From Chara braunii (Eukaryota > Plantae > Charophyceae): a stretch of DNA of 64,000 bases. The stretch covers positions 6,235,115 to 6,299,114 of the forward strand of contig BFEA01000007.1 in NCBI GenBank assembly GCA_003427395.1. Reading direction: 5' to 3'. The translations under genes and the position numbers were made by a program. This document shows positions 38,496 to 51,504 of the stretch, one piece after another. How positions within the stretch are numbered: the first letter of the stretch is position 1; each line of letters begins with the position of its first letter. The notes beneath the pieces are model-generated. The model was not told where the DNA came from, did not search any database, and was given only the letters and a program-made list of their open reading frames with translations.

Positions 38496-40107
38496 CTTTT
38501 CTTTTAAAAATCAGAAATTTTGCAAAACAGAATGTTTTACATATAATGATATAACCCATATTGTCATTTATCTAAATGACTATTTTTTTGCTAACGCATT
38601 TTGTGTTTCCATTGTGAATGCACTTTCATTTCTGTATTTCGATTCCGTTCTCATTTCCTTGCATAAATAATTGAATACAATATTTCCAATCGGGTTGAAA
38701 TAGTGTATTGTCCTTGATATGTTGGAAGAATAACACATGAATTGGAAAACCATCGGAGGCATAAATTTTTTTGCTGGGATCTATGATCGTGTTTGTTGGT
38801 GTCTGCATGTTGGTTAAGTACATGTTGGACTGTGTGTGTGTGATTGTGTGTGCTCGTGTGAATGTCGTGTGGCCTCTTTCACCATCCTCTCATCTCTATC
38901 CGCCCCTATGCAAGTCGTTCTCTTCCCGCTGGGTCCGATCTGTGTGTTCAGAATGCTTGTTGTTGCTGTGTTCCTAAGTTTGTGTGTGATTAATTCGTTG
39001 GTTTTTTCCTATTGTCTGAGTGCATGTCAGACTGTCCTTGTGATCGCGTGGGGGTGTGAATGTCGTGTGGACTCTTTCCACCCTCCTCTCATCTCTCTCC
39101 ACCTCAATGCAAGTCGTTCTTTCCCCGCCCCGTGGTCCACTTTTTGCAATAAACAGCGAATGTAATGCAAATTCTGCTCTCATAAATTTATTATCTAATC
39201 CTTGGCTCACTAGGCCATATTAAAAAGAAACAAGAGACGGACAAATGGATGGTAACATTTATAGGCATCATAACATAATGTTCACCTTGATATTTTTTTT
39301 GTCATTTTTTTATGTTTGCCCATTTGGCAGGTATATCTCCTTTCGTTTCTGTCTCGAATGCTACAAAATGAAGAAATTGTTGATATGTTTGCAAGCATGA
39401 AGGATCCTCTTTGCTGCATTTTATGTTGACGCAAGTGGAATCAAGAGCAAAGCCATAAGAAAGCGGTAGAAGACCAAGTGCCCCATGATGCGCATAAGGG
39501 TGATCAACGGTGATGGCATAAATAATGATCGTATTGTTCCTCGGGATTCTGTTCTGGCCCTTTTTTGGAGGAGCTAAACATCCGACCATGTGGTAACTCT
39601 TATATGGCCATGTTGCAAAGCTCCCCACGAATAGATTGAAACCTTGTTTCCNTATGGCCATGTTGCAAAGCTCCCCACGAATAGATTGAAACCTTGTTTC
39701 CAAGGGGGGGGGGGGGGGGGGGAAAAAAAAAAAAAAAAAAAAAGTGTGAGGTCATCACATGTGCCTACTCACCATGTGGCTTAATAAGACTTCTATATAT
39801 CGAGTGTGAAGTCATAGTGGTAACTCTGATAAGGCCGTGTTGCAGGCAGGACATCACCAAGGTCACTTTTGAGGACCTGACTTTCATACGGCACTTCCCC
39901 TCGCGGCCTAGTGCTGGACTGCAGATCGGATCGACGATCCGACGGTCCACATCTGAGTGCTCGTACTAGACCTAGGCTGAACAGGCCAAGCCAACACTAT
40001 TTACCAGGTAGTACCAGAGGACAGATTGAGATTTTGTGCTGTGCCAGTTTTGCTTCAGCGCAGCGCTGCTACACCCAGCACTAAGTTAGGTGTCATGCAG
40101 CACTTAG

Positions 40108-40130
40108 GAGAGAGAGAGAGAGAGAGAGAG

Positions 40131-40175
<45 letters not shown>
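40108..40175. repeat. (GA)n microsatellite
   Basis: Direct reading. Confidence 0.95.
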
Positions 40176-40179
<4 letters not shown>

Positions 40180-42570
40180 ATGACTTGTTGACGTCACAGC
40201 TCGAGCTTCAGGCTAGCAGTCTCCAGGAACTCCAAGATGATACCTTACACATCCGGGCCTCGGTTAGGAGGGAGCGAGAGAGTCAATCTTCCTCGCTTCA
40301 ACCTTCCATCTCCATTTCCTCCTCTGCCCCTTTCGGTTATTCCTCTTCTTCTTCTTCTTTTTCTTCTTTTTCTTTTTCTTCTTCTTCTTATTCTTCACCT
40401 TCTTCAACTCCTCTATACTCTCTAGTAACGATCAGGGCCAGAAATCAGAGGAAGATGTCAGTGACATCAGCATTTGACCAGTTACCAAACAAAGACTCTA
40501 GAGGTTGTTTTCAAATTGGTATTCAACGACATGTAGATTAAGTATCATCGGCACTTGAGATTCTGTATCGTCGACATTGGGGCTCTATGTCAGCGACATT
40601 TTGGATTTCGTTCGGTGACATTTGAGATTCTATATCAATAACATTTTTTATATTCCATATCAGTGGCCATGGTTGTTGACTTCATCTCCCTCCTCCACTT
40701 CGTCTCTTCTCCCCCACTTCATCTGTGTATGGTTGTACAGGCTGGCTCACTTCTATGTATGAGCGTCAGACCATGACCCATTGATTGATGTGTGTGTGTC
40801 TATATGCAATCTAGTCATTTGTGAGTCAGTCTATGATTTCAGTCTTCCACTACATCGTAATCATCTTTTATAATTGATCAGGTTTTGGTTCTGCACTTGT
40901 GTTTATTTGCACTAGTATGCAACAGGGGCACTCAGTGCCAACAAATTGAGATAGTTGGCTTGCTCCATTACTGTCCATATGTATCTCGGACTATTGTCAA
41001 CTTTTGTTTTTTTTTACTTTTAATGAAAGTTGTAACAACGTTTTGAATTGATTAGCAACCTGGGCTACCAGACCCGCACTAGACCAATTGCCCTGCAGGA
41101 CGACCAGGCCAGTACGCCCGAGACCCTCCCACCAGGGTCACCCAGGCAGGTCAAAAAAACAACAAGTGAAAAAAAAAAAATGATGCTAGGGGTATTTTGC
41201 ACTCTCTGAGAGCTTCCCAAATTCGGCCTAATTTTACTAGTTCGTGGTGCACGTTAGTTTTATAGGGGAGGGGACGGCGGTTAAGGGTCTTCTAATGGTT
41301 TCAAAGGAGTTGAAGGATCCTCCAAAAGAGGGTAATAATTTTCCTTCCTGTTTTTTATTTTTATTTCGATTTTTGTGAACAACATAAAAGCGACCCTCAG
41401 CCAAAAGTTGTCTTGATTGCTATTGTGCACATTTTTTTTTTCCGGTTTACTGGTAGGGACTCCGGCTCACCCGGTTGCTCGGCAGATCATTCCGCTCAGG
41501 TCCCGTGCTAGCCTTGGGGGTCCGGGCGGCAAGGGTGGTACTTCCCGATGCACTTTTGTACGAGGGCAAAAGTGTCATATGCGCCAAAGTCCGCTAACCC
41601 ACTTCGTGACCAACTTTTTTTATTTTGGTAGGCGCCGCCAGCTATTGTGGTCCGGTAGTGCTGAAGCCCGAAAGTTGTGGAGCACATACGTTTTACGCAT
41701 GCGGCCGATATATGGGCCAAGTACTGGTGGTTTCAGAATTATGGTCGGGTGATTACTTATTGACCACTTAGAAAATGTAACTGGGTCACGCCCTAGGGGG
41801 GCTGCTTAATTAATAGGCTTGTGTTTTTTTAATTTTTTTTTAATTCTCTCTCTTTCAGTTCAAGAATTGTGAAATTCTCAATTTGTTAACGGCCACTTGG
41901 CTTGGGTAAGGGCCGATCAAGCCGCAAAGTCGGGGCCTCCAACCACACCTAGTCTAAAGTGGCCCTCCAACTCTACAATTTCTACTTTCTCACTCTCCCA
42001 AGTGGAAAGCAAACTCACGCGAGGGAGGACATTTAATAGAGTTGCACCCCGACCGAGGCGCCAATCCGTTTTTTTTTTGTTTTTTTTTTTTTTTTTTTTA
42101 GATCTATCTATCTCGGTTGAATAACTATAATATTATCGGTACGCTACAGTCACTTGGCTCAGGCGAATGAAAAGAAGGCCACATAGGTGAGTCTTCCAAA
42201 CCGATTGTGAAGAAGCCGGACATGTCGCTTTAAAAAATCTCGCACTAGTTTTGTTTTTCCACTTTTTCACTCTTCCGATGGAAAGCAAAGTCAAAAAAGA
42301 CAAAACATTCACGTAGGTCACACCTTAACCCAACCACTAAAACAATTCTTTTTTTTTTTCTTTTTTCCATTGTACGTTTCAGTTGAACAATTTGAATATT
42401 TTCTATTTTTTTTTCCCCCCCTTTAACCTGTTTCAGTTTAAGAATTAGAATACTCTATATCAAGTTCTTTCTAAGGTTGGATATATCGCTCTATAGAATC
42501 TCGTATTAGCTAAGTAATTTTTTTTACGACTAAAGAATATACATATATATATAAACATAGTTCTATGTGA

Positions 42571-42571
42571 C

Positions 42572-42623
<52 letters not shown>
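42571..42623. repeat. (TA)n microsatellite
   Basis: Direct reading. Confidence 0.95.
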
Positions 42624-42628
<5 letters not shown>

Positions 42629-42879
42629 TATTTTTTTTCAACCTGTTTCATTTTAAATAATTATAAAAATCTCAATCAAGATCTTCTAATATTTTTTTTC
42701 AAATTATTCTTCTTGAACCAATTTCAATTTAACATTTAAAAAATTGTCTATCAGGTTTTTTCTAAACACACTACACAATGTTTTAAAATTCAAGAGTATG
42801 TTTTCATTAAATCAGAAGTCCACCCAATAAGAAAAATTTGTTTTGGGGGTCTCACAGAGGCCAGTATCCCCAGAAGAAA

Positions 42880-45800
42880 TGAAGGTATTTTCGCTAACGA
42901 AACCCTGAATCCCCAAAAAACTATTAATCCTAGATATACTCAATAAACTCCCAAAATCCCGTAGTATGTTCTTGCTAACGAAACCCCCAATACCTATCAA
43001 GATATAATTCTTATCGAAGCTTAGTAAATTTCTGAAATCCCAAAATGTATTTTCGCTAAACAAACCACGAATACCTATCGACATAATTCATAGATAGGCT
43101 AAATAAAAATTTGAAATCCTAAAATGTATTTTCGGTAATGACAGCCAAAACACCTATCGAGATATAATCCCTAGAGAGATTAAGTAAAATCCCGAAACCC
43201 CGTAGTCTATTTTCGGTAACGAAACCCCGAAAGCCTATCAAGATATAATCCCCAGAGAGACTAAGTAAAATTTTGAAACCCCTTAGTGTATTTTCGGTAA
43301 CGAAACCCCGAAAGCCTATCGAGATATAATTCCTAGAGAGACTAAGTAAAATCTTGAAACCACGAAGTGTATTTTCGGTAACGAAACACCGAAAGCCTAT
43401 CGATATATAATCCTTAGAAAGACTAAGTAAAATTATGAAACCTCGTAGTGTATTTTCAGTAACGAAACCTCGAAAGCCTATCGAGATATAATCCTTACTA
43501 AGACTAAGTAAAATTATGAAACCCCGTAGTATATTTTCGGTAACGAAACCCCGAAAGCCTATCGAGATATAATCCCTAGAGACTCTTAGGAAAATCATGA
43601 AACCCCGTAGTGTATTTTCGGTAACGAAACCCTGAAAGCCTATCCAGATATAATCCCTAGAGAGACTAAGTAAAATCCTGAAACCCCATAGTGCATTTTC
43701 GCTATCGAAACCCCAAAAGCCTATCGAGATTTAACCCCTAGAGAGACTGAATAAAATCCCGAAACCCCGTAGTGTATTTTCGGTAACGAAACCTCGAAAG
43801 CCTATCCAGATTTAATCCCTAGAGAGACTAAGTAAAAATCATGAAACCCCGTAGTGCATTTTCGCTATCAAAACCCCGAAAGCCTATCGAGATTTCATCC
43901 CTAGAGAGACTAAGTAAGATCCTGAAACCCTATAGTGTTATTTCAATAACGAAACCCCGAAAGCCTATCGAGATATAATTCTTAGAGAGACTTAGTAAAA
44001 TCTCGAAACCCCGAAGTGTATTTTCGGTAACTAAACCCCGAAAGGCCATCGAGATATAATCCCTAATGAGATTAGGTAAAATCCCGAAACCCCGTGGTGC
44101 ATTTTCGCTATCGAAACCCCTAAAGCCTATCGAGATGTAATCCCTAGAGAGACTAAGTAAGATCCCGAAACCTCGTGGTCTATTTTTGGTAACAAAACCC
44201 CGAAAGCCTATGGAGATATAATCCCTAGAGAGACTGAGTTAAATCCCGAAACCCCGAAGTGTATTTTCGGTAACGAACCCCCCTCCGAAGTGTATTTTCG
44301 GTAACGAAACCCCGAAAGGCCATCGAGATATAATCCCTAATGAGATTAGGTGAAATCCCGAAACCCCGTGGTGCATTTTCGCTATCGAAAACCCGAAAGC
44401 CTATCGAGATGTAATCCCTAGAGAGACTAAGTAAGATCCCGAAACCTCGTAGTTTATTTTTGGAAACGAAACCCCGAAAGCCTATGGAGATATAATCCCT
44501 AAGGAGACTTAGTTAAATCCTGAAAGCCCGAAGTGTATCTTCGGTAACGAAACCCCGAAAGCCTATATAATCCCTAGAGAGACTTAGTAAAATCCTGAAA
44601 CCTCGTAGTGCATTTTCGGTAACGAAACCCCGAAAGCCTATCAAGATATAATCCCTGGAGAGGCTAAGTAAAATCCCGAAACCTCGTAGTGTGTTTTCGG
44701 TAACGAAACCCCGAAAGCCTATCGAGATATAATCCCTAGAGACACTGAGTAGAATCCTGAAACCCCGTCGTGCATTTTCACTATCGAANNNNNNNNNNNN
44801 NNNNNNNNTTAATCCCTAGAGAGACTAAGAAAAATCCCGAAACCCCGTAGTGTATTTTCGGTAACGAAACCCCGAAAGCCTATCGAGATATAATCCCTAG
44901 AGAGACTGAGTACAATCCCGAAACCCCGAAGTGTATTTTTGGTAACGAAACCCCGAAAGCCTATCGAGATACAATCCTAGAGAGACTCAGTAAAATCTCG
45001 AAACCCCGTAGTGTATTTTCGGTAACGAAACCCCAAAAGCCTATCGAGATATAATCCCTAGACAGACTGAGTAAAATCTCAAAACCCCGTAGTGCATTTT
45101 CGGTAACGAAACCCCAAAAGCCTATCGAGATATAATCCCTAGAGACACTAAGTAAAATCCCGAAACCCCGTGGTGTATTTTCGTTAACGAAACCCCCAAA
45201 GGCTATCGAGATATAATCCCTAGAGAGACTTAGTAAAATCCCGAAACCCCGTAGTGCATTTTCGGTAACGAAACCCCGAAAGCGTATCGAGATATAATCC
45301 CTAGAGAGACTTAGTAAAATCCTAAAACCCCGTAGTGCATTTTCGATTACAAAACCCCAAAAGCCTATCGAGATATAATCCCTAGACATACTAAGTAGAA
45401 TTCTGAAACCCCGAAGTGTATTTTCACTAACGAAACCTTGAAAGCCTATTGAGATATAATCCCTAGAGAGACTTAGTAAAATCCCAAAACCCCGTAGTGC
45501 ATTTTCGGTAACGAAACCCCTAAAGCCTATCGAGNTATAATCCCTAGAGAGACTAAGTAAAATTTCGAAACCCCGTAGTGTATTTTCGGTAACGAAACCC
45601 CGAAAGCCTATCGAGATGTAAACCCTAGAGACACTAAGTAAAATCCCGAAACCCTGTAGTGTATTCTCGCTAACGAAACCCTGAAAGCCTATTGAGATAT
45701 AATCCGTAGAGAGACTTAGTAAAATCCCGAAACCCCGTAGTGCATTTCAGTAATGAAACCCCGAAAGCCTATCGAGATATAATCCCTAGAGAGACTTAGT

Positions 45801-46315
45801 AAAATCCTGAAACCCCGTAGTGCATTTTCGGTAACGAAACCCCGAAAGCCTATCGACATNNNNNNNNNNNNNNNNNNNNNNNNNNNNNNNNNNNNNNNNN
45901 NNNNNNNNNNNNNNNNNNNNNNNNNNNNNNNNNNNNNNNNNNNNACTAAGTAAAATCCTGAAACCCCGAAGTATATTTTCACTAACGAAACCCCGGAAGC
46001 CTATCGAGATATAATCCCTAGAGAGACTTAGTAAAATCCCGGAACCCCGTAGTGCATTTTCGGTAACGAAACCCCGTAGCGAATTTTCGGTAACGAAACC
46101 CCGAAAGCCTATTGAGATATAATCGCTAGAGAGACTACGTAAAATTTTGAAACCCCGTAGTGTATTTTCGGTAATGAAACCCCAAAAGCCTATCGAGATA
46201 TAATCCCCAGAGAGAGTTGGTAAAATCCCGAAAGCCCGTAGTGTATTTTGACTATCGAAACCCCGAAAGCCTATCGAGATTTAATCCCTATAGAGACTAA
46301 GTGAAATCTCGAAGT
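42880..46315 (-). repeat. ~81-bp satellite array (~40 monomers), related to 28860-38495 and inverted relative to it
   Basis: Reverse complement of the monomer is ttcggggtttcgttaccgaaaatacactacggggtttcgggattttacttagtc..., sharing the core of the first array. Period 81 (gcctatc at 43314 and 43395). Confidence 0.95.
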
Positions 46316-46319
46316 GTTT

Positions 46320-48039
46320 ACGATATTCATTATATTTCATGAAATATATAGTATCCATTAACCAATTATCCTCCTCTTCCTTTCTGTTGCCTCCGCTTTC
46401 TCTCTTGTCTCTCTCAGCGGCTAACCCTTCTCTGTGCGCAGTCGCGGACAAAGCCAGTATCGGTCGCTAACTCGCCTCCCCTCTCCCCGGGGAGCGGACG
46501 CGCCGCGGTCTGAGCCTGACGCTGGTCCACTCCATGCGTCCCGCGGGTACGTGAAAAAAAATATATATCCCCCCTCTACGTGATGCCCACCCCTTCTTAT
46601 ACCCGCTGTCTGCTCGGTCTTCCGCCTTGTTGATCCGCCTTTCTCCCTCTTCCACGAATCGCTCCGCTTCTCGCAACGTCGTCTTTCAACCACGTCAATT
46701 TTTTATTTCTCGTCGATCACTTATGGCAAAAATTTCGATAATCTCCCGTCGATCACTTATGACGAAAATTTCAGAAATCTCCCGCCGACTGCAGCCAAGG
46801 AGTTTCGAGTCTTCCTCCTCTCTCTTCGGTTGCTACCTATCCATCTACCCGTTCTCTTCGGCCAATCCCAAAGCTTTCGCCCCCCCTCGCAAGTTTTACT
46901 TCGAGCGCTCATTGATCGAGCTCCGCCCAACTAACCACTGATCATATTTCTTCTTTGGTCGCTCTCTCTGCCGCCCACTCCTTTCGTCTACTTTCCCTTG
47001 ATCCTCTCATCTCTTGCCTTGTCCAATAGCCGCACCCCATTCTCATCCTTCCGAGGTTGAACCTGCTGGTCCTTTGCGACCGTTGGTCTCTCAATCTTGG
47101 CGCTAACCGTGCCCCCGCCTGCCCTCGCCTGTATCTGTCCCGTTTCCTGGCCCGGGCGCACGCATCTATCCTTTGCTAGCCAGGTTTCAGTTATTCAGAA
47201 GTCCGAGCGCGCGCTCCTTAATAACCACTCTTTCGATCTCGACTTTCTTGATCTGCTCCCGATCCCCTTTCTTGGCTTTCATTCGAGGATCCTAGGACCC
47301 CGCCATTCCCATTCTGTTCGTCTTCCGTGCAGCCGTTCGAGCGGCTCAGCGTTCTCCATCACAACCCTGCCTTCCGTTCGTTCGTCTCTTTTACCCGGAA
47401 TTTCCCTGCCTTGAGTAGTCACTTCACCGTTGCCCTTTTTGGGGTCGTCAACCCTTTACGGCGCGAGGCCCCTCTTCACAAATCACCGACACCTGACGAC
47501 ATGCCTAACGGCCATTTCGGTAAGGGGTCACCACTCCACCGATTCAACTGACACCGAGTGGTACCTAGGAGCCAATCGTTTCGATCACTAGCCCCAGCTT
47601 TTCGAATTTGCATCCCCCTTTTGCATGACCGCCAAAGCCTTTCACCTCGAGGGCGCCGATCCAGCTTCCATCCCGATCGGAGAATTGCGCTGAAAGGAGC
47701 GTTACTCTGATCACATCTTTTCCGAACCGCCCTGCTCGTCAGTAGCTGCTGGGTTGCGGCCCCACACCATCGCCCTGATACAGGCTCGTTGCTTTCCTTG
47801 ACCGACCTTCGGGATTCTCGGGTCTCCCTGTCAGCGCCTGCCCCCGCTCGAGTTGCTTCCTGGTCGTCGCTTCTGTTCGTTCAAGGGGTAGGGGGAAGGG
47901 CAAGCCACTCAGGGATCCAGTCAAGCCACACAGTCCCATGCATCCTTTTAAAACAAATTGAAAGTTAAAGAAAAAGAACCCCAAAAGAAATCCTTTGACT
48001 GGTGGGTGGTGCGCTCGGCTGGTAGGCATCCGCCCGACA
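46320..48039. mobile_element. Probable LTR fragment inserted into the chromodomain of the adjacent gypsy element
   Basis: The chromodomain reading (...PRMQYR) breaks at a TG(tcgggcgg) start on the - strand at 48039. The sequence is non-coding and CT-rich. The other end was not found. Confidence 0.5.
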
Positions 48040-51000
48040 ACGGTACTGCATCCTTGGCTTTGGAGGTCGGCCTATGCCTGGAGGTTTAGGCACTGGCATC
48101 ACCCGATGCTCCGCGATTTTGTCGATGTCGACTTCGCCATCCATGGTTGGGGACAACATTGATCATCTGGAGAAAAATTGTGCAGTCTTTGCGAAAGGTG
48201 TCAGTTTTGAAGTGTGAAAGACTGGGTGTGTACGTAGGTGAGGTGGGATACGAATCACATAGGAAGGTCCATTTATTTGATCCCCCACTATGTCTAGGAC
48301 CTCCCAAGGACCGAAATACTGTGGCATTAACTTTTTAGAAATTCCCAATTTTTGTCCCAGTTCATATGATTTAACCCAGACTCGTTCTCCTACCTGAAAC
48401 TGGGATGGTCGTCTGTGTTTGTTCTCAAATGCAACCATGACATCCTTAACTTTCTGTATGTGCTCTACAGCCTGTTGCAGCATCTATTCATACTTGACAA
48501 CAAACTCTATGTTGCGAGGTGCTACAGATGGTTGAATCTCATGTAGCAGAAACTCTATGGTCGTTCTAGGCTTCCAACCAAGATGCAGTTGGTTGGGAGT
48601 CATGCTGGTCGTACTATTTACAACGTTGTTATACAAGCTGGCGACAAGAGGCAATTTCTCGTTCCAGTCATCCCGACTTGGCTTGATGTAATGCCTGAGC
48701 AAATGTTGTACTACTCGGTTCATATATTCCACCTGACCATTTGACTCAGGGTGATTCCCTAATATCATCTGCAGTCTGGTACCCATCTGTTAGGTTGTGT
48801 TTTGCCACAGTTCGCTTGTAAAGCAAACATCCCTGTCACTGACAATGGACTTGGGTAAACCGGAATCCCGTACCCAATTATCCATAAATAACCTGATGAC
48901 GTAGTCAATTTTAGTGGTCTCTGGCATAGCGATTAGTCTTGCAAACTTGGAGAAACGGTCTACTATAACGAAGATGTGTCTCTTTTCACTCCTGCTGGTG
49001 ACAAGAGTATCCATGAAGTCCATGGACACACTTTGAACATGACCTTTAGGAATCGGCAAGGGCTTCATAAGCCCAAGCAGAGCCTGAGTAATAAGTTTGT
49101 CCCGTTGGCAAACCTGTAAGGTTTCAACGTACCTTTTTGCATCTTGCATCATAGTGGGCCACCATAATCTCTACACTAGGTTCACTAATGTCTTTTTATA
49201 GCCAGAATGACCAGTTGCATTATGACATTCACCTAGAAACAAACTATGTAAAAACTCTCTAATAGTATCTAGAACACAGTCCTTTATTCCCAGCCTTTTT
49301 CAGGGAACAACAAGCCATTGACCAGCACAAACTCATCGGAGGTAGGTTTATCTTTAGCTTCCAGTTTGCGTATGATCTCAGACATCATTGCGTCTTGCTG
49401 ATAGGCTTTCACCATAGATCGGGTTACGTCATTCGATATCTCAAACTTAGTCCCTAGCGAGCCCAGATAATCTGCCCTATATGGCAGTGCATCAACCACT
49501 TTGTTATATTCTTCATTGATTGGGTTAAGTTGATAGTCATACATGCCTATCATTTGAATTCACCTCTTCATGACATCTGATAGTACAGACGATGTTTTGA
49601 TCCAGCATAAAGTTTCTTGGTCAGATCTCACATACAAAAATATGCCTAAGAGATAATGTCTTCAGTGGACCAACGCTCTATAGAGGGCATAGAGCTCACG
49701 CTCATACGTGGACTTTGCTAACTTCTGAGATTATATCTTTTTACTCATGTACTCGATGGGCCTTAACTTCTTTCCCTTCTTTCACGCAAGGACCTCGCCT
49801 ATGCCATATTAAATGGCGTCAGTGGTCACTACAAATGGTTGCTCATGATCAGGCAGTTTAAGGACTTCGTAGTGTGTAAGGGCAAACTTCAATTTCTTGA
49901 AGGTTGCCGTATACTCTTCAGTCCACTCCCAAGGGGTGTGAAGGCGTGTGCGGTCAGTCAAAGGGGAGGTTCTTTACAAACGGTCTATAGTAGCATGTCA
50001 TTCCCAAGAATGACCTCACCTCAGTCACAGACTGAGGTCTGGGGCAGTCACGTATGGTGGCCACCTTGGCATCATCCGACCTCAACCCATCCGCAAAAAT
50101 TTCATGACCCAGGTACAAGATCTTGGTGCGACCGAACTCGCATTTCTTCAAGTTAACCTTGTACTGCGGCTGTCTTAGGAGACCTAGCTCTTTTTTCACG
50201 TGCTCATCGTGCTCCTCTGCTGTCTTACTAAAGATAAGATATCGTCGAGGTACACAACGATAAACTTGTTGAAGTACTCATGAAAGATGCGGTACATTGC
50301 ATGCTGGAATGTCCCAGGTGCATTGCATAGACCAAAGGGAATCACCACAAACTCGTACAGATCGTACCTGGTCCGAAAAATGGTTTTGTGTCGATCCTCA
50401 ACTCTAATGGCAATTTGATGGTTTCTGGACTTCGGATCTATCTTTGTGAAGTACCGACATCCCTGCACTCTATTCAAGATGTCATCGATGGGAGGTAGGG
50501 GCCCCTCGTTCTTAACGGTGATGGCATTGAGACCCTTATAGTCAATGCACATCCTCAGTGTACCTCACTTCTTAGGAACCAATAAAACTGGAGCACCAGA
50601 AGGGGAGGTACTATGCCGAATTCATCCCTTTTCTGTGAGTTTTCTGCGCTGATAGCAGAGCTCATTCAACTAAGTAGGAGACATCCTATAGATCCATTCT
50701 CTAGGTACTTTGCTACCAGGGACGACTTCTATCGCATGGATAACCTCCCTTTCTACCACATCACTGGGCTCCTAAAAAATGTCTGAATACTGAGCAACGA
50801 CTGCTTCTATCTCTGGGGTGATTTTACGGCCTCCCCTTTCTCAGAGACAACGACTAGCAGTTCATGCACCTGTAGTTTTCCACTAGACTGCTAGCTTTGA
50901 ACTTCTACAGTCTAACAGTTCTACGGTTGGGCAACTTGTGGATCATCACCTTCCTATCCCAATCGAATTGAGGTTGAGCTACCTCGAGGTAGTACATATC

Positions 51001-51300
51001 TAGCAGCATGTCGAATGGCAGTTCGTCGCTGACAAGGAATGAGATTTTATATCTCAGTTCCCCTCCATAGGAGAAGGTGCAGACTACGTCCTTAACATAG
51101 TCTTGTTCTATCATACTGTGTTTGTTGGCTAGCGTAGAGGCTACAAATCTGCTAAGCCGCTGCACTTGGTCCCCTAAACGCATCCTATCCTCACAAACAC
51201 GAGTGATGAATTTCGTGTAGAGCCTATGTCAGCGAAGGTGCCCGCTTTATGGCCACCTACATCAACGTCTACCATAAAATGCTCACCCCGAGGACCTTTA
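48040..51300 (-). pseudogene. pol: chromovirus pol (PR-RT-RH-IN-chromodomain), decayed
   Basis: MCIDYKGLNAIT, PFGLCNAPGTFQ, VVYLDDIL; VRSFLGMTCYYR; SVSMDFM, IFVIVDRFSK, SIVSDRD, HPESNGQVE; YFGPWEV, HPVFHTSKL; EVDIDKIAEHR...MQYR. Confidence 0.93.
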
Positions 51301-51504
51301 TAATCATCGCCCAAGAGTCTTTGGGGTCCTTCCCTGACCACTCGGACTGTAACTCTTCTGGGGACTCAGACACATCTCTTTAATAGAGCATTCGTGGGTC
51401 TGAATGTGTATGCGGGGTGATGGATGGGTCACTAGCCTTGGCCAATGCCTGAACTGGTGAAGGCAACATTACCACTTTAACACGAGTAAGAGTGGCTAAC
51501 ACTC

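Noticed and set aside
28859-38554. Dozens of ORFs (FGISLPKSHFGISGFYL...) and a superficial CRISPR-like periodicity with a palindromic core
   Set aside because: These are translations of an 81-bp satellite. The inter-core segments are related variants, not unique spacers, and there are no cas genes.
39603-39701. Exact 49-bp tandem duplication around a single N, within ORF 39302..39703
   Set aside because: Probably a contig-join artefact, and the ORF has no recognisable motif.
43119-45982. ORFs with SRDYISIGFRGFVTEN repeats
   Set aside because: Read-through of the 81-bp (27-codon) satellite, with no independent coding evidence.
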